A stretch of DNA of 64,000 nucleotides from an uncultured Candidatus Saccharibacteria bacterium (lineage in GTDB: Bacteria; Patescibacteriota; Minisyncoccia; Phycocordibacterales; WO2-35-19), in the NCBI GenBank assembly GCA_964589445.1, contig CAZPQX010000002.1, positions 91,882-155,881 on the forward strand, written 5' to 3'. How positions within the stretch are numbered: position 1 is the first letter of the stretch; each line of letters begins with the position of its first letter. The notes under the pieces are model-generated. The model searched no databases, had not been told where the DNA came from, and saw only the letters and a list, made by a program, of their open reading frames with translations. The position numbers and the translations under genes were made by a program. Of this stretch, positions 26,245 to 36,266 are shown in pieces.

Positions 26245-27306
26245 TTACCCAATTAGAGCTAAGCTGATACCGAGAAGAGCGCAGACTGTAGAGAAGATCC
26301 AGTAACGCATAGTCACTTTGTAAGGAGGCCAGCCGAGGGCTTCAAAGTGGTGATGAAGGGGTGCAACACGGAAAACTTTTTTGCCGCGGAATTTTTTGGA
26401 AAATACTTGAATTAGATTTGAGAGGACTGTGATCACGAGTGGCATGGCGATGACCGGAAGTACCAAAAGCCCATAGCCATCCCCTAGCCTGTCAGTCATG
26501 AAGGCTACTACTGTGAGAGTGATAGTGAGGCCCATGCTGCCTGTTTCTGACATGTAAAACCTGGCTGGCGGGATGTTGAACCAGAGGAAAGCAAGCAGGC
26601 CTCCAGCGATGGTGGCGCAAAATGCTGCGAGGTCTATCTGCTGTTGATAAAAAGCGATGCCTCCGTATGCGGCAAACATGGTGGTGAAGATGCCACCGGC
26701 GAGACCATCTATGCCGTCTATCACTCCTCCTGCGTATATGAAGAGTGCTGTGAGGAGAAAGAGTAAAATGAAAAGAGGACCGAGGTAGAGCTCGCCAAGA
26801 CCGAAAGGAAGACCGATACCGACTACATCAAGCTTGTCATAAAACCACCAAGCAGATAAAAGTGCGATAACTGAAACTATGGTGAGCCTCTTTTTGAGTG
26901 AAAGACCACCACTGCTCGATTCTTTTATTTCTAGGTAATCGTCGACGAGACCGACGAGGGAGCCAGCGAGTAGAGTGGCAAAAGGGACCCAGGTTTGGTT
27001 TCTTGAAATAAAATCAAGCTTCACTAAAGTCTCGCCTCCTATGAGGTGTGAGAGTGCCCAGATGAATATCATGGTGAGGCTGGCGCTCAGCCATATGATG
27101 ATGCCTCCCATGCGAGGCGTGTTTACTTCCCTATCTTTGTGGAGCTCATTGAAAACTTTTGCTTCCTCACCGCTTATGGCTATTTTGCCTGCCTTCTTCT
27201 TCCAACATTTATATTTGTAGAGGTAATTGGTCAGAATGGGTGTAATGAGAACCCCGGCTACGAAAGAGCCAACTGCTGGCAAGAAAACTTTTACGATATC
27301 TATCAT
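26245..27306 (-). CDS. mraY: phospho-N-acetylmuramoyl-pentapeptide transferase
   Basis: Multi-TM; motifs VGLVDDYLEIKE and GGVIDGIDGLAGG. Confidence 0.9.
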   Translation of the reverse strand: MIDIVKVFLPAVGSFVAGVLITPILTNYLYKYKCWKKKAGKIAISGEEAKVFNELHKDREVNTPRMGGIIIWLSASLTMIFIWALSHLIGGETLVKLDFISRNQTWVPFATLLAGSLVGLVDDYLEIKESSSGGLSLKKRLTIVSVIALLSAWWFYDKLDVVGIGLPFGLGELYLGPLFILLFLLTALFIYAGGVIDGIDGLAGGIFTTMFAAYGGIAFYQQQIDLAAFCATIAGGLLAFLWFNIPPARFYMSETGSMGLTITLTVVAFMTDRLGDGYGLLVLPVIAMPLVITVLSNLIQVFSKKFRGKKVFRVAPLHHHFEALGWPPYKVTMRYWIFSTVCALLGISLALIG

Positions 27307-27311
27307 GGTTT

Positions 27312-28259
27312 TTAATTATTTGATTTTATGTATTTGAGGGCGGCGTTGACTAGGGCGAGCGAGTCGGTGAACCTCCCCTCTTTGCTTGAGCCAAGGACTG
27401 AAACTATGATCGGTCTTTCAAGCCCTGCGTTGAACGCGATGACGAGGTTGCCGCCAGCGAGGTCGGTAAAGCCAGTTTTTGAGGCTATAAGGCCAGGTAT
27501 CTCATCTACATGAGTATTGGTGTTGGTAGCTTCGTATGTGCGGGTGCCGCTTTGGAATGTGAGACTTTTGTACCGGGTGGCTTCGAGTAAGTCGGGGATA
27601 TTTCGCATTGCGTATTCAAAAAGCAAAGCAGTGTCTTTGGCTGAACCATATGCACCGCCCCTGTCGATGCTGGCGTCGAGTCCGTGAGCATTTAAAAAGT
27701 GACTATTTAGGAGACCTATTTGTACAGCAAGCTCGTTCATTTTTTGTATGAATTCTTCTTCGCTGTCTATTTCATTTGAAACTTCTGAAACTGCAGCGAG
27801 TGCGTATGCACCATCATTGGAAGAAGTGAGGAGCGTGAAGTCGCGAAGATCTTTTTGGTTCCACAAATCTCCAACGAGAAGGCCTGAGTCCCCTTCTGGA
27901 GAAAGATAATCTTCTTTTATCCTGATCATCTCTTGCTTCGGTAGATATTTGTCTGCTGTGACTGCTGTCATCACCTTTGTAAGAGAAGCTAGAGGGAGAG
28001 CTAAGTCTGCATTTTTGCTAAAAATTTCTCTTTTGTTTACGACATCCCAAACTACTACTGCTTTGGCTTCTAGCTCTATATTTTCGAAAGGATTGACGAT
28101 GACTTCTTTAGCAAGAGCCTCTTTTTTTTGGTGTGCCGAGTCGAGAGAAAACAGCATCGAGGCGAATACTATAACAGAAAGTATGCAAAAAGCACTGAGT
28201 ACTTTTAGGAAATATTTGGTCCTATTTTCGATTGTGAGTAATGGTTTAATTTTCTCCAT
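27312..28259 (-). CDS. dacA: D-alanyl-D-alanine carboxypeptidase (S11, PBP5-like)
   Basis: SLTK (SxxK), SSN (SxN), KTG motifs in order. Confidence 0.75.
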   Translation of the reverse strand: MEKIKPLLTIENRTKYFLKVLSAFCILSVIVFASMLFSLDSAHQKKEALAKEVIVNPFENIELEAKAVVVWDVVNKREIFSKNADLALPLASLTKVMTAVTADKYLPKQEMIRIKEDYLSPEGDSGLLVGDLWNQKDLRDFTLLTSSNDGAYALAAVSEVSNEIDSEEEFIQKMNELAVQIGLLNSHFLNAHGLDASIDRGGAYGSAKDTALLFEYAMRNIPDLLEATRYKSLTFQSGTRTYEATNTNTHVDEIPGLIASKTGFTDLAGGNLVIAFNAGLERPIIVSVLGSSKEGRFTDSLALVNAALKYIKSNN

Positions 28260-28782
28260 CTGTATTTGTAAGTATTTTTGAAATATTTTGTTTAAATTCT
28301 TTGAGGCTAGGCAATTCGGACGCGTCTCTTATGCCTAAGTGAGCAAAAAGATCGACTCTCGCCCTATATCTTGGCGATTTGTCATCTTCGCTTTGGTATT
28401 TTTCGATGAGCCCCCTCGTGGCGAGACTCCTCACTACGAAATATGAATTGACCCCTCTTATATAGTCAATCTCCTTCCTTGTAGCTCCTTCATTATACAA
28501 TATTATTGCCAATGTTTCTAAGCCTGCTTTGCCTATGTCGCGACTCATTTCTTCTTTGGCTATCTTTTCTACGAGCTCCTTGGCTTCGGGAGATGTGGCG
28601 AGGGAAACTTCTATTTTGTTGTCTAAAAGGCAAATGCCTCTTGTGCTGAGGGAAGCAGAAAGACTCTCCAGTGCTTTTGAAATTTCGCCGACCTCTACTC
28701 CGAGCACTGAAGCAAGCCAGTCTCTCCTCACGGGCTCGTTTTTATAAAAAAGTAAGGCTTCTATTTTTTGTTCTAAGTTCAT
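28246..28782 (-). CDS. scpB: segregation and condensation protein B
   Basis: IEALLF...two tandem wHTH pattern typical of ScpB; adjacent to scpA. Confidence 0.8.
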   Translation of the reverse strand: MNLEQKIEALLFYKNEPVRRDWLASVLGVEVGEISKALESLSASLSTRGICLLDNKIEVSLATSPEAKELVEKIAKEEMSRDIGKAGLETLAIILYNEGATRKEIDYIRGVNSYFVVRSLATRGLIEKYQSEDDKSPRYRARVDLFAHLGIRDASELPSLKEFKQNISKILTNTDGEN

Positions 28783-28792
28783 TGTTTAAATT

Positions 28793-29626
28793 TTAGTATT
28801 TTGGCACTAACACCTCATCTGTTTCCATTTCTATTTCATCGAAGCTGCTCTCTTGCTTGACTCGCAAGGCCCCTCTCTTGACTAGCTCGAGCATGGCGAG
28901 GAAGCTCACGATGACATTTATTTTATCTTCCTTGCTTGCTCCGCCACCTCTCCCAGAGAAGGAACTAAAACTCATTTTTAGATTTTTTTCTATCCTTTCA
29001 GAGAGCCTGCCTATCATTTCTTCAAGGCTTATTATCTTTGCTACGGAGATTTTTGGCAACACCTGGGGCTTGGGGATACTTTCGAGTACTTCAGAAAGTC
29101 TTTGCTTTAAATTTTCGAGAGTGATTTCGGCGGTTGGATTGAAGACCACTTCTTTTTGTTTCCTGTCTCTCGCGAAGTATAGGAAATTGCCAAATATTTT
29201 TGCTATTTGTTTGGAAGCTTCTTTGTACTCTTTGTACAGAGCTATCCTCCTCTCGAGCTCTTCTATGTTTTGCTCTTCTTCGGTCGAGAGTTCGAGAGTT
29301 GGTAGGAGGGATTTTGATTTGAGTAAAAGGAGGGTTGAAGCTATGAGTATGAAGTCGCTACTATCTTTGATCGGAAAGTCCTCGAAACTTTTGGTGTGTT
29401 CGATGAATTCGTCTGCCACTTGGGAAAGTGAGACTTGGCTGATGTGGAGTTTCCTTTTTTCTATTAGGTCTAGAAGCAGGTCGAGAGGACCTTCGAACTC
29501 CCCCGCCCGCACACTAAATTTACTATTTACGACTAATTTTGTCTCAGAATCGCTTTGCATTGCTGTCATTTTAGCATAAAAGTATTTTATGGCGTCGTTT
29601 AAAGGCGTTGTTGTGTTTTTAAACAT
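28793..29626 (-). CDS. scpA: segregation and condensation protein A
   Basis: FEGPLDLLLDLIEKRKLHISQVSLSQVADEF kleisin N-terminus. Confidence 0.8.
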   Translation of the reverse strand: MFKNTTTPLNDAIKYFYAKMTAMQSDSETKLVVNSKFSVRAGEFEGPLDLLLDLIEKRKLHISQVSLSQVADEFIEHTKSFEDFPIKDSSDFILIASTLLLLKSKSLLPTLELSTEEEQNIEELERRIALYKEYKEASKQIAKIFGNFLYFARDRKQKEVVFNPTAEITLENLKQRLSEVLESIPKPQVLPKISVAKIISLEEMIGRLSERIEKNLKMSFSSFSGRGGGASKEDKINVIVSFLAMLELVKRGALRVKQESSFDEIEMETDEVLVPKY

Positions 29627-29644
29627 ATTGTGATATAATTAGTA

Positions 29645-30211
29645 GTGGAGGTAAATTTAATGAACACCGTTTCGGGTGTTTTGTTTTTTGTCGCGTTTCT
29701 GCCCTACATCTGGGCCGTTATCAGTCGGGAGACCTTGCCGTCTCCTGTGTCGTGGGCGATATGGGCAAGCGTTGATACGCTAGCTTGGGTCGCCATGGTC
29801 AAAAAGAAAGCGGCCGTCGGGCAACTCACGGGAGCAATGATGGGTGCTTGGGTAGTCACTGGCCTCTCCCTTGTTCTGGGAAAGCCAACGATCGGCTCAG
29901 TTGAATGGGTCAGTATCGCTGGTGCTGCTTTGGGGATCATTCTTTGGCAGAAGACTGGTAACGCCGTCCTCGCGATCATTTGCTCGCAAATCGCAGTGTC
30001 CATCGGGGCCTTCCCCACATTTGCGAATGCGTACGCTAACCCCGCACAGGAAAATGCCTTGGCGTGGGTAATCTGGTTCCTTTCATGCGTTTGTGCCCTG
30101 CTTGCTGTTAAGAAGTGGGACCTTGCAAACGCATTGCAACCCGTCACTTTTACGACGATAGAGACCGTGATGGTCTTCCTTGTCGTCATCCGCCCCCATC
30201 TGGCTCCTTGA
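29645..30211 (+). CDS. hypothetical 5-6 TM membrane protein (GC-rich); paralog of 40222-40788
   Basis: 188 aa; PYIWAVISRETLPSPVSWAIWA aligns with LFYIAAIIKGTTKPSRATWFIWA of the AT-rich paralog (also 188 aa). Confidence 0.5.
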   Translation: MEVNLMNTVSGVLFFVAFLPYIWAVISRETLPSPVSWAIWASVDTLAWVAMVKKKAAVGQLTGAMMGAWVVTGLSLVLGKPTIGSVEWVSIAGAALGIILWQKTGNAVLAIICSQIAVSIGAFPTFANAYANPAQENALAWVIWFLSCVCALLAVKKWDLANALQPVTFTTIETVMVFLVVIRPHLAP

Positions 30212-30499
30212 GGAGCCGGGTGGGGCGTTTCGTTTTTGTATCGAAGAGTTTTAAAATCACACCAAAAAGTTATCCACAGGGGTGGGTTGCGGGGAGTTGT
30301 AAAGGGAGTATTATTAATCTCTTGGGAGTTCTTTGAGAAAATAAGTTTCGGGTTTCGTAAGACTTCCGGCCATTTCCTTGGAAGCTAGCTTCCTCCCATT
30401 TACCCTGCCGATGTCTTACATCACCCTTCTTCTTTTCTCTTAATTCTCATTGTTCTTTCCAAACCCCTCGCGTCGCGAGCGGGTTTTTTCGTTACTAAA

Positions 30500-30536
30500 A
30501 AACAAATGCCCCGATTGGGGCATTTGTTTTTTTTAT
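30500..30536. terminator. bidirectional rho-independent terminator (serves aspS on minus strand)
   Basis: aaacaaatgcccc-gatt-ggggcatttgttt perfect hairpin with T/A runs on both sides. Confidence 0.65.
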
Positions 30537-31963
30537 TTCTTACCTTCCTCTTTCTTTTCTACTTTTATACTTAGCTCTTTGAGTTGCTTTTCGGAAATTG
30601 GGCTTGGGGATTGCATCATCGGGTCTCTACCCTCTCCTGTCTTTGGGAAGGCGATGACTTCTCTGATGTTTGGCTCTCCTTGGAGAAGCATGACAAATCT
30701 GTCTAAGCCCCAAGCGATGCCGCCGTGTGGAGGTGTGCCAAGTTTGAATGCTGTGAGCATGTGCCCGAAATCTTTTTCTATTGATTCTTTTTCGTAGCCT
30801 AGGATTTCAAAAACTTTTTGCAAAGCTTCGTACTCGTGGTTCCTTATGCTGCCACCACCTATCTCGTAGCCATTGAGTACAATGTCGTATTGAGAAGTGA
30901 TGATGTCTCCGATGTTTTCTTTATTCATCAAGCTCTCCATATGCTCTTTGACTGGTCTTGAAAATGGGTTGTGAGTAAATGTCCACTCGCCTTTTGCTTG
31001 TGGGTTGTCTGATTTGTCTGTCCTCTCGAAAAATGGAAAATCTATAACCCAACAAAAAGCCAAGAGGTTTGGGTCGGTCTTGTCTTCTCTGATGTCTGGT
31101 CTGTCGCTACCATACTTTTCCATTGCTTCTTTGTAGCTGATACGAGGGAAAGGAATTTGCTGTATTTTTTTGTGAGGGTAAAGAGTTTGTACTATGGAGA
31201 TAAGAAGATCTTCGTTCATTTGCATCACGTTTTCTCTTTCGACAAAGCTCATTTCCATGTCTAGCTGGGTGAATTCTGGCTGTCTGTCGCCCCTTGTGTC
31301 TTCGTCTCGTAGGCATTTTGCTATTTGAAAATATCTTTCGATGCCACCTGTCATGAGGAGCTGTTTGTATTGCTGAGGAGATTGAGGGAGGGCGTAAAAT
31401 TCACCTGGATAAAGACGTGCAGGCACTACATAGTCTCTCGCTCCTTCTGGAGTTGATTTGGTTAGAAGCGGAGTTTCAACTTCTGTAAAATGGTTTTGGT
31501 CGAGGTGGTCTCTAATGAGCTTTATTATCTTGTGACGCATCCTTATGTTGTTTTGGACTCTTTCTGAACGAAGATCGAGGTATTTGTGTCTCAGTCTTAA
31601 ATTTTCGTCTATGCCAAAAGTATTTTGAGAAACTTCAAAAGGCAGAGTTTCGGCTTTGTTTAGGACCTCAATATTCAAAACTTCGAGCTCGATGTCGCCG
31701 TTTTGGACTTTGTCATTTATCATTTTTTCTGGTCTCTTGTTTACTTTGCCACCTACTTTGACTACGCATTCGTTTTTGATACTTCTAGCTAGGGCGACGA
31801 GCTCAGTGTTGCCTGGGAGGGCTACACCCTGCACTTTGCCGGTCATGTCACGGAAGTCAAAGAAGACCATTTTGCCTTGGTCTCTCACGACGTCTACCCA
31901 GCCGGATATTGACACTTCAGAGCCAATATTTTCTTTTAAGTCTTTTATATAAGTTCTTTTCAT
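30533..31963 (-). CDS. aspS: aspartate--tRNA ligase (short, archaeal/ND-type without the bacterial GAD insertion)
   Basis: 476 aa; N-terminal OB fold, class II motifs incl. GGGIRNHEYE...QKV region and GLDRFVML. Confidence 0.85.
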   Translation of the reverse strand: MKRTYIKDLKENIGSEVSISGWVDVVRDQGKMVFFDFRDMTGKVQGVALPGNTELVALARSIKNECVVKVGGKVNKRPEKMINDKVQNGDIELEVLNIEVLNKAETLPFEVSQNTFGIDENLRLRHKYLDLRSERVQNNIRMRHKIIKLIRDHLDQNHFTEVETPLLTKSTPEGARDYVVPARLYPGEFYALPQSPQQYKQLLMTGGIERYFQIAKCLRDEDTRGDRQPEFTQLDMEMSFVERENVMQMNEDLLISIVQTLYPHKKIQQIPFPRISYKEAMEKYGSDRPDIREDKTDPNLLAFCWVIDFPFFERTDKSDNPQAKGEWTFTHNPFSRPVKEHMESLMNKENIGDIITSQYDIVLNGYEIGGGSIRNHEYEALQKVFEILGYEKESIEKDFGHMLTAFKLGTPPHGGIAWGLDRFVMLLQGEPNIREVIAFPKTGEGRDPMMQSPSPISEKQLKELSIKVEKKEEGKK

Positions 31964-32015
31964 GATGTTAATATAGCAAATCTAAAAAATTACACCATAC
32001 TTGAGGGCGAGCAGT

Positions 32016-33824
32016 CTATTTGTCTTTTTGCATGCCCTGTTCGAACTTTTCTGCCTGGAGGGCGTAAAGTTTGGCGTATTCACCTTTGTCTTTCATTAGA
32101 GTTTCGTGAGTGCCGCTCTCTTTCACTTTGCCATCTTGGAGTACTATAATGTCGTCACACTCAGAGATGGTCGAGAAGTCGTGGGATATCATGATGGCGG
32201 TCATGGCGGGGATCTTATTCAAGCTCTCGAATATCTTGGCTTCGGACTCGGCGTCGACGGAGGCGGTGGGCTCGTCGAAGATGGTGACGAGCGCGCTCCT
32301 ATAAAGCATTTTGGCTATGGCGATCTTTTGCGACTGGCCGAACGAAGGCTCGATGCCGCCAAACTCCACTCCGAGCATGTGGTCGTATTTGTGTTCGAGC
32401 TTTTCGACGAATTCAGAAACTTGGGCGAGCTCTGATACATGGCGAACCTTGCCTTCGTTTACTCCCTCTTCTACTCTACCCATGGCTATCGCCTCTTTGA
32501 TCTTGAAATCATAACGAGAATATTCTTGAGACATGTAGCCGATATATGAAATCCATTCTTTGAGAGAAATTTCTCTGAGGTCGACGCCGTTTATAAGTAT
32601 CCTACCTTCGGTCGGGTCGTATATCCTGCAAATCAATTTGACCAGAGTGGTTTTGCCGGCTCCGTTGTTGCCCACGAGGCCGATTTTTTTGCCCGCAGCT
32701 AGTGTGAGATTTACATTTCGGAGGCTCCACTTTTTTTCTTCTTGAGGGTATTTGAAGCTGACATTTTCGAAGACGATGGTCGGAGGAGAAGTGAGATTTA
32801 GTTTGGTTGGATTTTTCGGACTGATTATAATTGGCTTTGTCTCGAAAAATTCAACCAAATCTTTTACTATCAAATGATCATCGTATTGTCGGCCAAACCC
32901 AGAAAGGATGGTGGTCACAGCTGAGCGCAAGTTGCCCAAAACTCCAAACATAAAGACGAGCCCTCCGACTGCCAAAGCTCCACTTGATACATCAGCTACT
33001 ATGAGATACATCGAATATGCAAAACCCATTACAGAAATTATCTGAGCTCCAGTGAGGAAGTAGAACTTACTTTTTTCGGTGGTTAATTGTTTTTTATTAA
33101 AATTTCTTAAAATATTATCTACCCAATTTATTATCCAGTTTCCGCTTTGTAGAAGTTTTGTTTCAGATATGTTTTGCCTTCCTGAAAAATGTCCGCGTAG
33201 GTCTGCAAATCTTCTTTGCTCGGGACTATCGCTAACCCAGATACTCCAAACATCTTGACTGTACTTGCCCTCCACTATGAGTCTAGGGATATTTGAGATT
33301 ATGATTATGAGGTAAATGGTCCAAGATACATTGGCTGTGATGATGGAACCAACAATAAGGGCTACTACAGTGAAAACTGTTTGTATAGTCGAATCTGCAA
33401 GTTTGAATATCGGCCAAAAACCATTTCTAAACGCTCTTTGTAGGAGATCTTGGAATTTGGGGTCTTCGTAAGTGGCGATATCTATACTGATCCTTTTCTT
33501 CATTACGAAGGTTTCCATGTAGGTTTGGAATTCGAAATACCACTTCTTGCTTATGAGGGTTTCGAAGCTGGATGTGATGCTGGGTATCGCACTCACGAGA
33601 GAGTAAATGATGAGTGTCGCTATGGCTGTACTCGCAGCTGCATTTTCAGAGATTATGGCGACAAGTTTGTTGACTAAGTCGCCTAGGAAGTACGAGCTTG
33701 CATAAGGCACTGCTCCACCTATAGCCATGAGGAGTGCTGTGAGTAATGTTTCTCTTGGTGCTATGGTGAGGGCAAACCCCATTGAGGTCCTGACGCTTTT
33801 GAGGAAGTCTAAAAATTTTCGCAT
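32016..33824 (-). CDS. ABC transporter permease/ATP-binding fusion (type I exporter, MsbA-like)
   Basis: 6-TM N-half; Walker A GNNGAGKTT, degenerate signature FGQSQKIAIAK, Walker B TIFDEPT. Confidence 0.85.
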   Translation of the reverse strand: MRKFLDFLKSVRTSMGFALTIAPRETLLTALLMAIGGAVPYASSYFLGDLVNKLVAIISENAAASTAIATLIIYSLVSAIPSITSSFETLISKKWYFEFQTYMETFVMKKRISIDIATYEDPKFQDLLQRAFRNGFWPIFKLADSTIQTVFTVVALIVGSIITANVSWTIYLIIIISNIPRLIVEGKYSQDVWSIWVSDSPEQRRFADLRGHFSGRQNISETKLLQSGNWIINWVDNILRNFNKKQLTTEKSKFYFLTGAQIISVMGFAYSMYLIVADVSSGALAVGGLVFMFGVLGNLRSAVTTILSGFGRQYDDHLIVKDLVEFFETKPIIISPKNPTKLNLTSPPTIVFENVSFKYPQEEKKWSLRNVNLTLAAGKKIGLVGNNGAGKTTLVKLICRIYDPTEGRILINGVDLREISLKEWISYIGYMSQEYSRYDFKIKEAIAMGRVEEGVNEGKVRHVSELAQVSEFVEKLEHKYDHMLGVEFGGIEPSFGQSQKIAIAKMLYRSALVTIFDEPTASVDAESEAKIFESLNKIPAMTAIMISHDFSTISECDDIIVLQDGKVKESGTHETLMKDKGEYAKLYALQAEKFEQGMQKDK

Positions 33825-34087
33825 CTTTCTATTATGAACTTTTTATTAAGTGTTGTATAGTGTGGGGTATGAGTTCTTTCCCCAGTACCGAGACGCTCAT
33901 CACGGCATCGATTTTTTTCTTGGTGCTGTTGGTGGGTGGTTTGGTTTTTTATATTATTTTTAGTGAGGGTGAATCTCATGGTCGAGATACGTATCGACGA
34001 TGAGGACCAATGACTTACCTCTCGCTCCCCCTCGGCTCGCTAACCTGCGAGCCGTTCACTTTTGTAATTTTTTAAAATTTTTTGTGC

Positions 34088-35035
34088 CTAATTTACTCCG
34101 ATGGCGCCCCTCACTTCGACCATTTTGGTCTTGGCTATCTCCCCCGCTCTTTGTTTGCCTTGTTCTAAGACTCTCTTGACTAGCTCCTCATCTTTTTCTA
34201 TTTCTTTCCTTTTTTCTCTGAGGGGTGTGATGAAATTTTTTAAATCTTGGATTAGGATTTCTTTGAGTGATTTGTATTTGCCTTTGTTTTCTTCGTACAC
34301 TTTTTCGAGCTCGCTTTCGGGTCTTAAAAGTTTGTGTATCGCATATACATTGGCTGGTCTCTCGCCTGACGAATCTGTGACTATAGACATCACTTTCTCT
34401 TCTATCTCGCTATCTTCGGCGAAAAGAGAGATGGTGTTGCCATAGCTCTTGCTCATCTTGCGGCCGTCTATACCTGGGACGGTCTCGACTTCTTTCATGA
34501 TGTACTCTTCGGGAAGTTTGAAAGTTTCTCCAAAGATACGATTGAACTTTTCGGCTGTGTCGCGAGCAAACTCTATGTGCTGCTTTTGGTCCTGGCCTAC
34601 TGGCACGATGTCTGGCTCGTAAAGCAAAATGTCAGCCGCCATGAGCATGGGGTAATTGAATGTGCCCATGCTTACTTTTTCTTCTTCACCCTTTTCGACT
34701 GCGTCTTTGTATGCATGAGCTCTTTTCATGTATGGCACTGTGGTGATAGTGTCAAAAATCCAAGCTAGCTCGGTGTGCTCGGGGATGTCAGACTGCTTGA
34801 AGAGGATGTTTTTTTCCGTATCAAAACCGAGCGCGAGGAAGTCTATGGCTACTTCCCTAGTCAGTCTTTTCATCTCCTCCGCGTTTTGTATGAAATTGAG
34901 TGCGTGGTAGTCGACGATGATACCAAAGACTTTTGCGTCTTTTTGCATATCGATCAACTGCTTCATCATCCCAAAATAGTTGCCTAAGTGCGGTCTGCCT
35001 GTTGGTTTGATGCCTGAAAGTATTGTTTTGCTCAT
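34088..35035 (-). CDS. trpS: tryptophan--tRNA ligase
   Basis: GIKPTGRPHLGN (HIGH-like) and KMSKS. Confidence 0.9.
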   Translation of the reverse strand: MSKTILSGIKPTGRPHLGNYFGMMKQLIDMQKDAKVFGIIVDYHALNFIQNAEEMKRLTREVAIDFLALGFDTEKNILFKQSDIPEHTELAWIFDTITTVPYMKRAHAYKDAVEKGEEEKVSMGTFNYPMLMAADILLYEPDIVPVGQDQKQHIEFARDTAEKFNRIFGETFKLPEEYIMKEVETVPGIDGRKMSKSYGNTISLFAEDSEIEEKVMSIVTDSSGERPANVYAIHKLLRPESELEKVYEENKGKYKSLKEILIQDLKNFITPLREKRKEIEKDEELVKRVLEQGKQRAGEIAKTKMVEVRGAIGVN

Positions 35036-35106
35036 TTATATTTAATTAGTTTTGATTTTTGTATTGTACAACAAAAACCTAATTTTCCAAAAGTAATGGC
35101 AGGGTT

Positions 35107-35209
35107 AAACCTGGGCAGGTATATTATTAGAAAAGCACCTGTAACCCGGGAGTGAGCACTTTTCCTTCTTTGGTCCAAGGCTTTCCTCATAACATACCTG
35201 ACCAGGTTT
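35107..35209. repeat. MITE/REP-like element copy E (20-bp imperfect TIR aaacctgggcaggtatatta / taacatacctgaccaggttt)
   Basis: Core gaaaagcacctgtaacccgggagtgagcacttttcc...caaggcttt. Confidence 0.65.
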
Positions 35210-35267
35210 TAGGATTCGTGAATGTTTTTTTGAGAATATACCCTCCTGTTTTGTTGGTTGGATTGAT

Positions 35268-36173
35268 TTAATTAAGATTTTCCCAAATTGAGAAAATCGA
35301 CATTGGGAGTACCTTGTCGCTCGCTTCTTGTTTGATAGCAAGCTCGCCTGCTGTGACTGCGCCTCCCTTTCCCTCCATCATATCAAGCAACATATTTGAA
35401 AGTGAAAGAGATGAGAGCTCCGTGGAGTACATGTTTAGTATTACAAACAAAGGAGTGTCTGAAAGCGCTTCACCACAAAGTTTTAAAAAATCAGGGAGTT
35501 TGGTTTCTGCTTTCCACACTTCCCCTTTTGGACCTTTGCCGTAGCTTGGGGGGTCCATGATGATGGCGTCGTACCCAGCCTCTTCGGCGGACATGCTTTC
35601 TCCCTCCACTTCGCTAAAGCCCCGCGGGGCAAGTCTTTTTATTTCTCTCTTCAAAAACTTGACTGCGTCGTCGACTATCCATCTTATAGGTAAACTTTCG
35701 AGGCCTGATATTTTTTGGTTTTCCCTTGCCCACTCAACGCTTTGCTTTGAGCTATCCACATGTGTGACCTCGGCGCCACTCGCTGCTGCGACGAGGCTCG
35801 CTATCCCAGTATAGCCAAACAAATTTAATACTTTTATTTTTTTGTTTGGATTTTGGGATTTGGAGTTTTTTATTTTTTGTTCGATCCATCTCCATTCGCC
35901 TGCCTGTTCCGGAAAAATGCCTATGTGTTTTGAAGCTTCTTTGAAATTTACCCTTGCTTTTACGCTAGCCACTCCTATCTCGACTGTTCCTTCTAGCTCT
36001 TTGGTGGTGTCGCTCCAGTCTTCTTCTTTTAGGGTTTTTTGCCACCAGGCTCTTGGCTCCTTTCTGATTATTCTATTGCCATTTATTTCCTCGAGCTTCT
36101 CTTTTTGCCCAGAATCAAGGAGTTTGTACCCTGGAAGCTCTGTATCCCAAATTTCTATCGCTTTGTTTTTCAT
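35268..36173 (-). CDS. class I SAM-dependent rRNA methyltransferase (RlmI/RlmK-like)
   Basis: VLNLFGYTGIASLVAA (SAM motif I) and IIMDPPSYGKG (motif IV DPPxF/Y). Confidence 0.7.
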   Translation of the reverse strand: MKNKAIEIWDTELPGYKLLDSGQKEKLEEINGNRIIRKEPRAWWQKTLKEEDWSDTTKELEGTVEIGVASVKARVNFKEASKHIGIFPEQAGEWRWIEQKIKNSKSQNPNKKIKVLNLFGYTGIASLVAAASGAEVTHVDSSKQSVEWARENQKISGLESLPIRWIVDDAVKFLKREIKRLAPRGFSEVEGESMSAEEAGYDAIIMDPPSYGKGPKGEVWKAETKLPDFLKLCGEALSDTPLFVILNMYSTELSSLSLSNMLLDMMEGKGGAVTAGELAIKQEASDKVLPMSIFSIWENLN

Positions 36174-36266
36174 AACCTAACAATACCAAAATATATGACT
36201 AATTTGAATATGCGAAGCTGAGCTTTGAATATAAGTAACAAAGTTTTTTGGGTCGGGTAATTTAAA

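Noticed and set aside
35105-35341. Track ORF 35105-35341 (-)
   Set aside because: Spans MITE copy E and the methyltransferase stop; repeat-derived.
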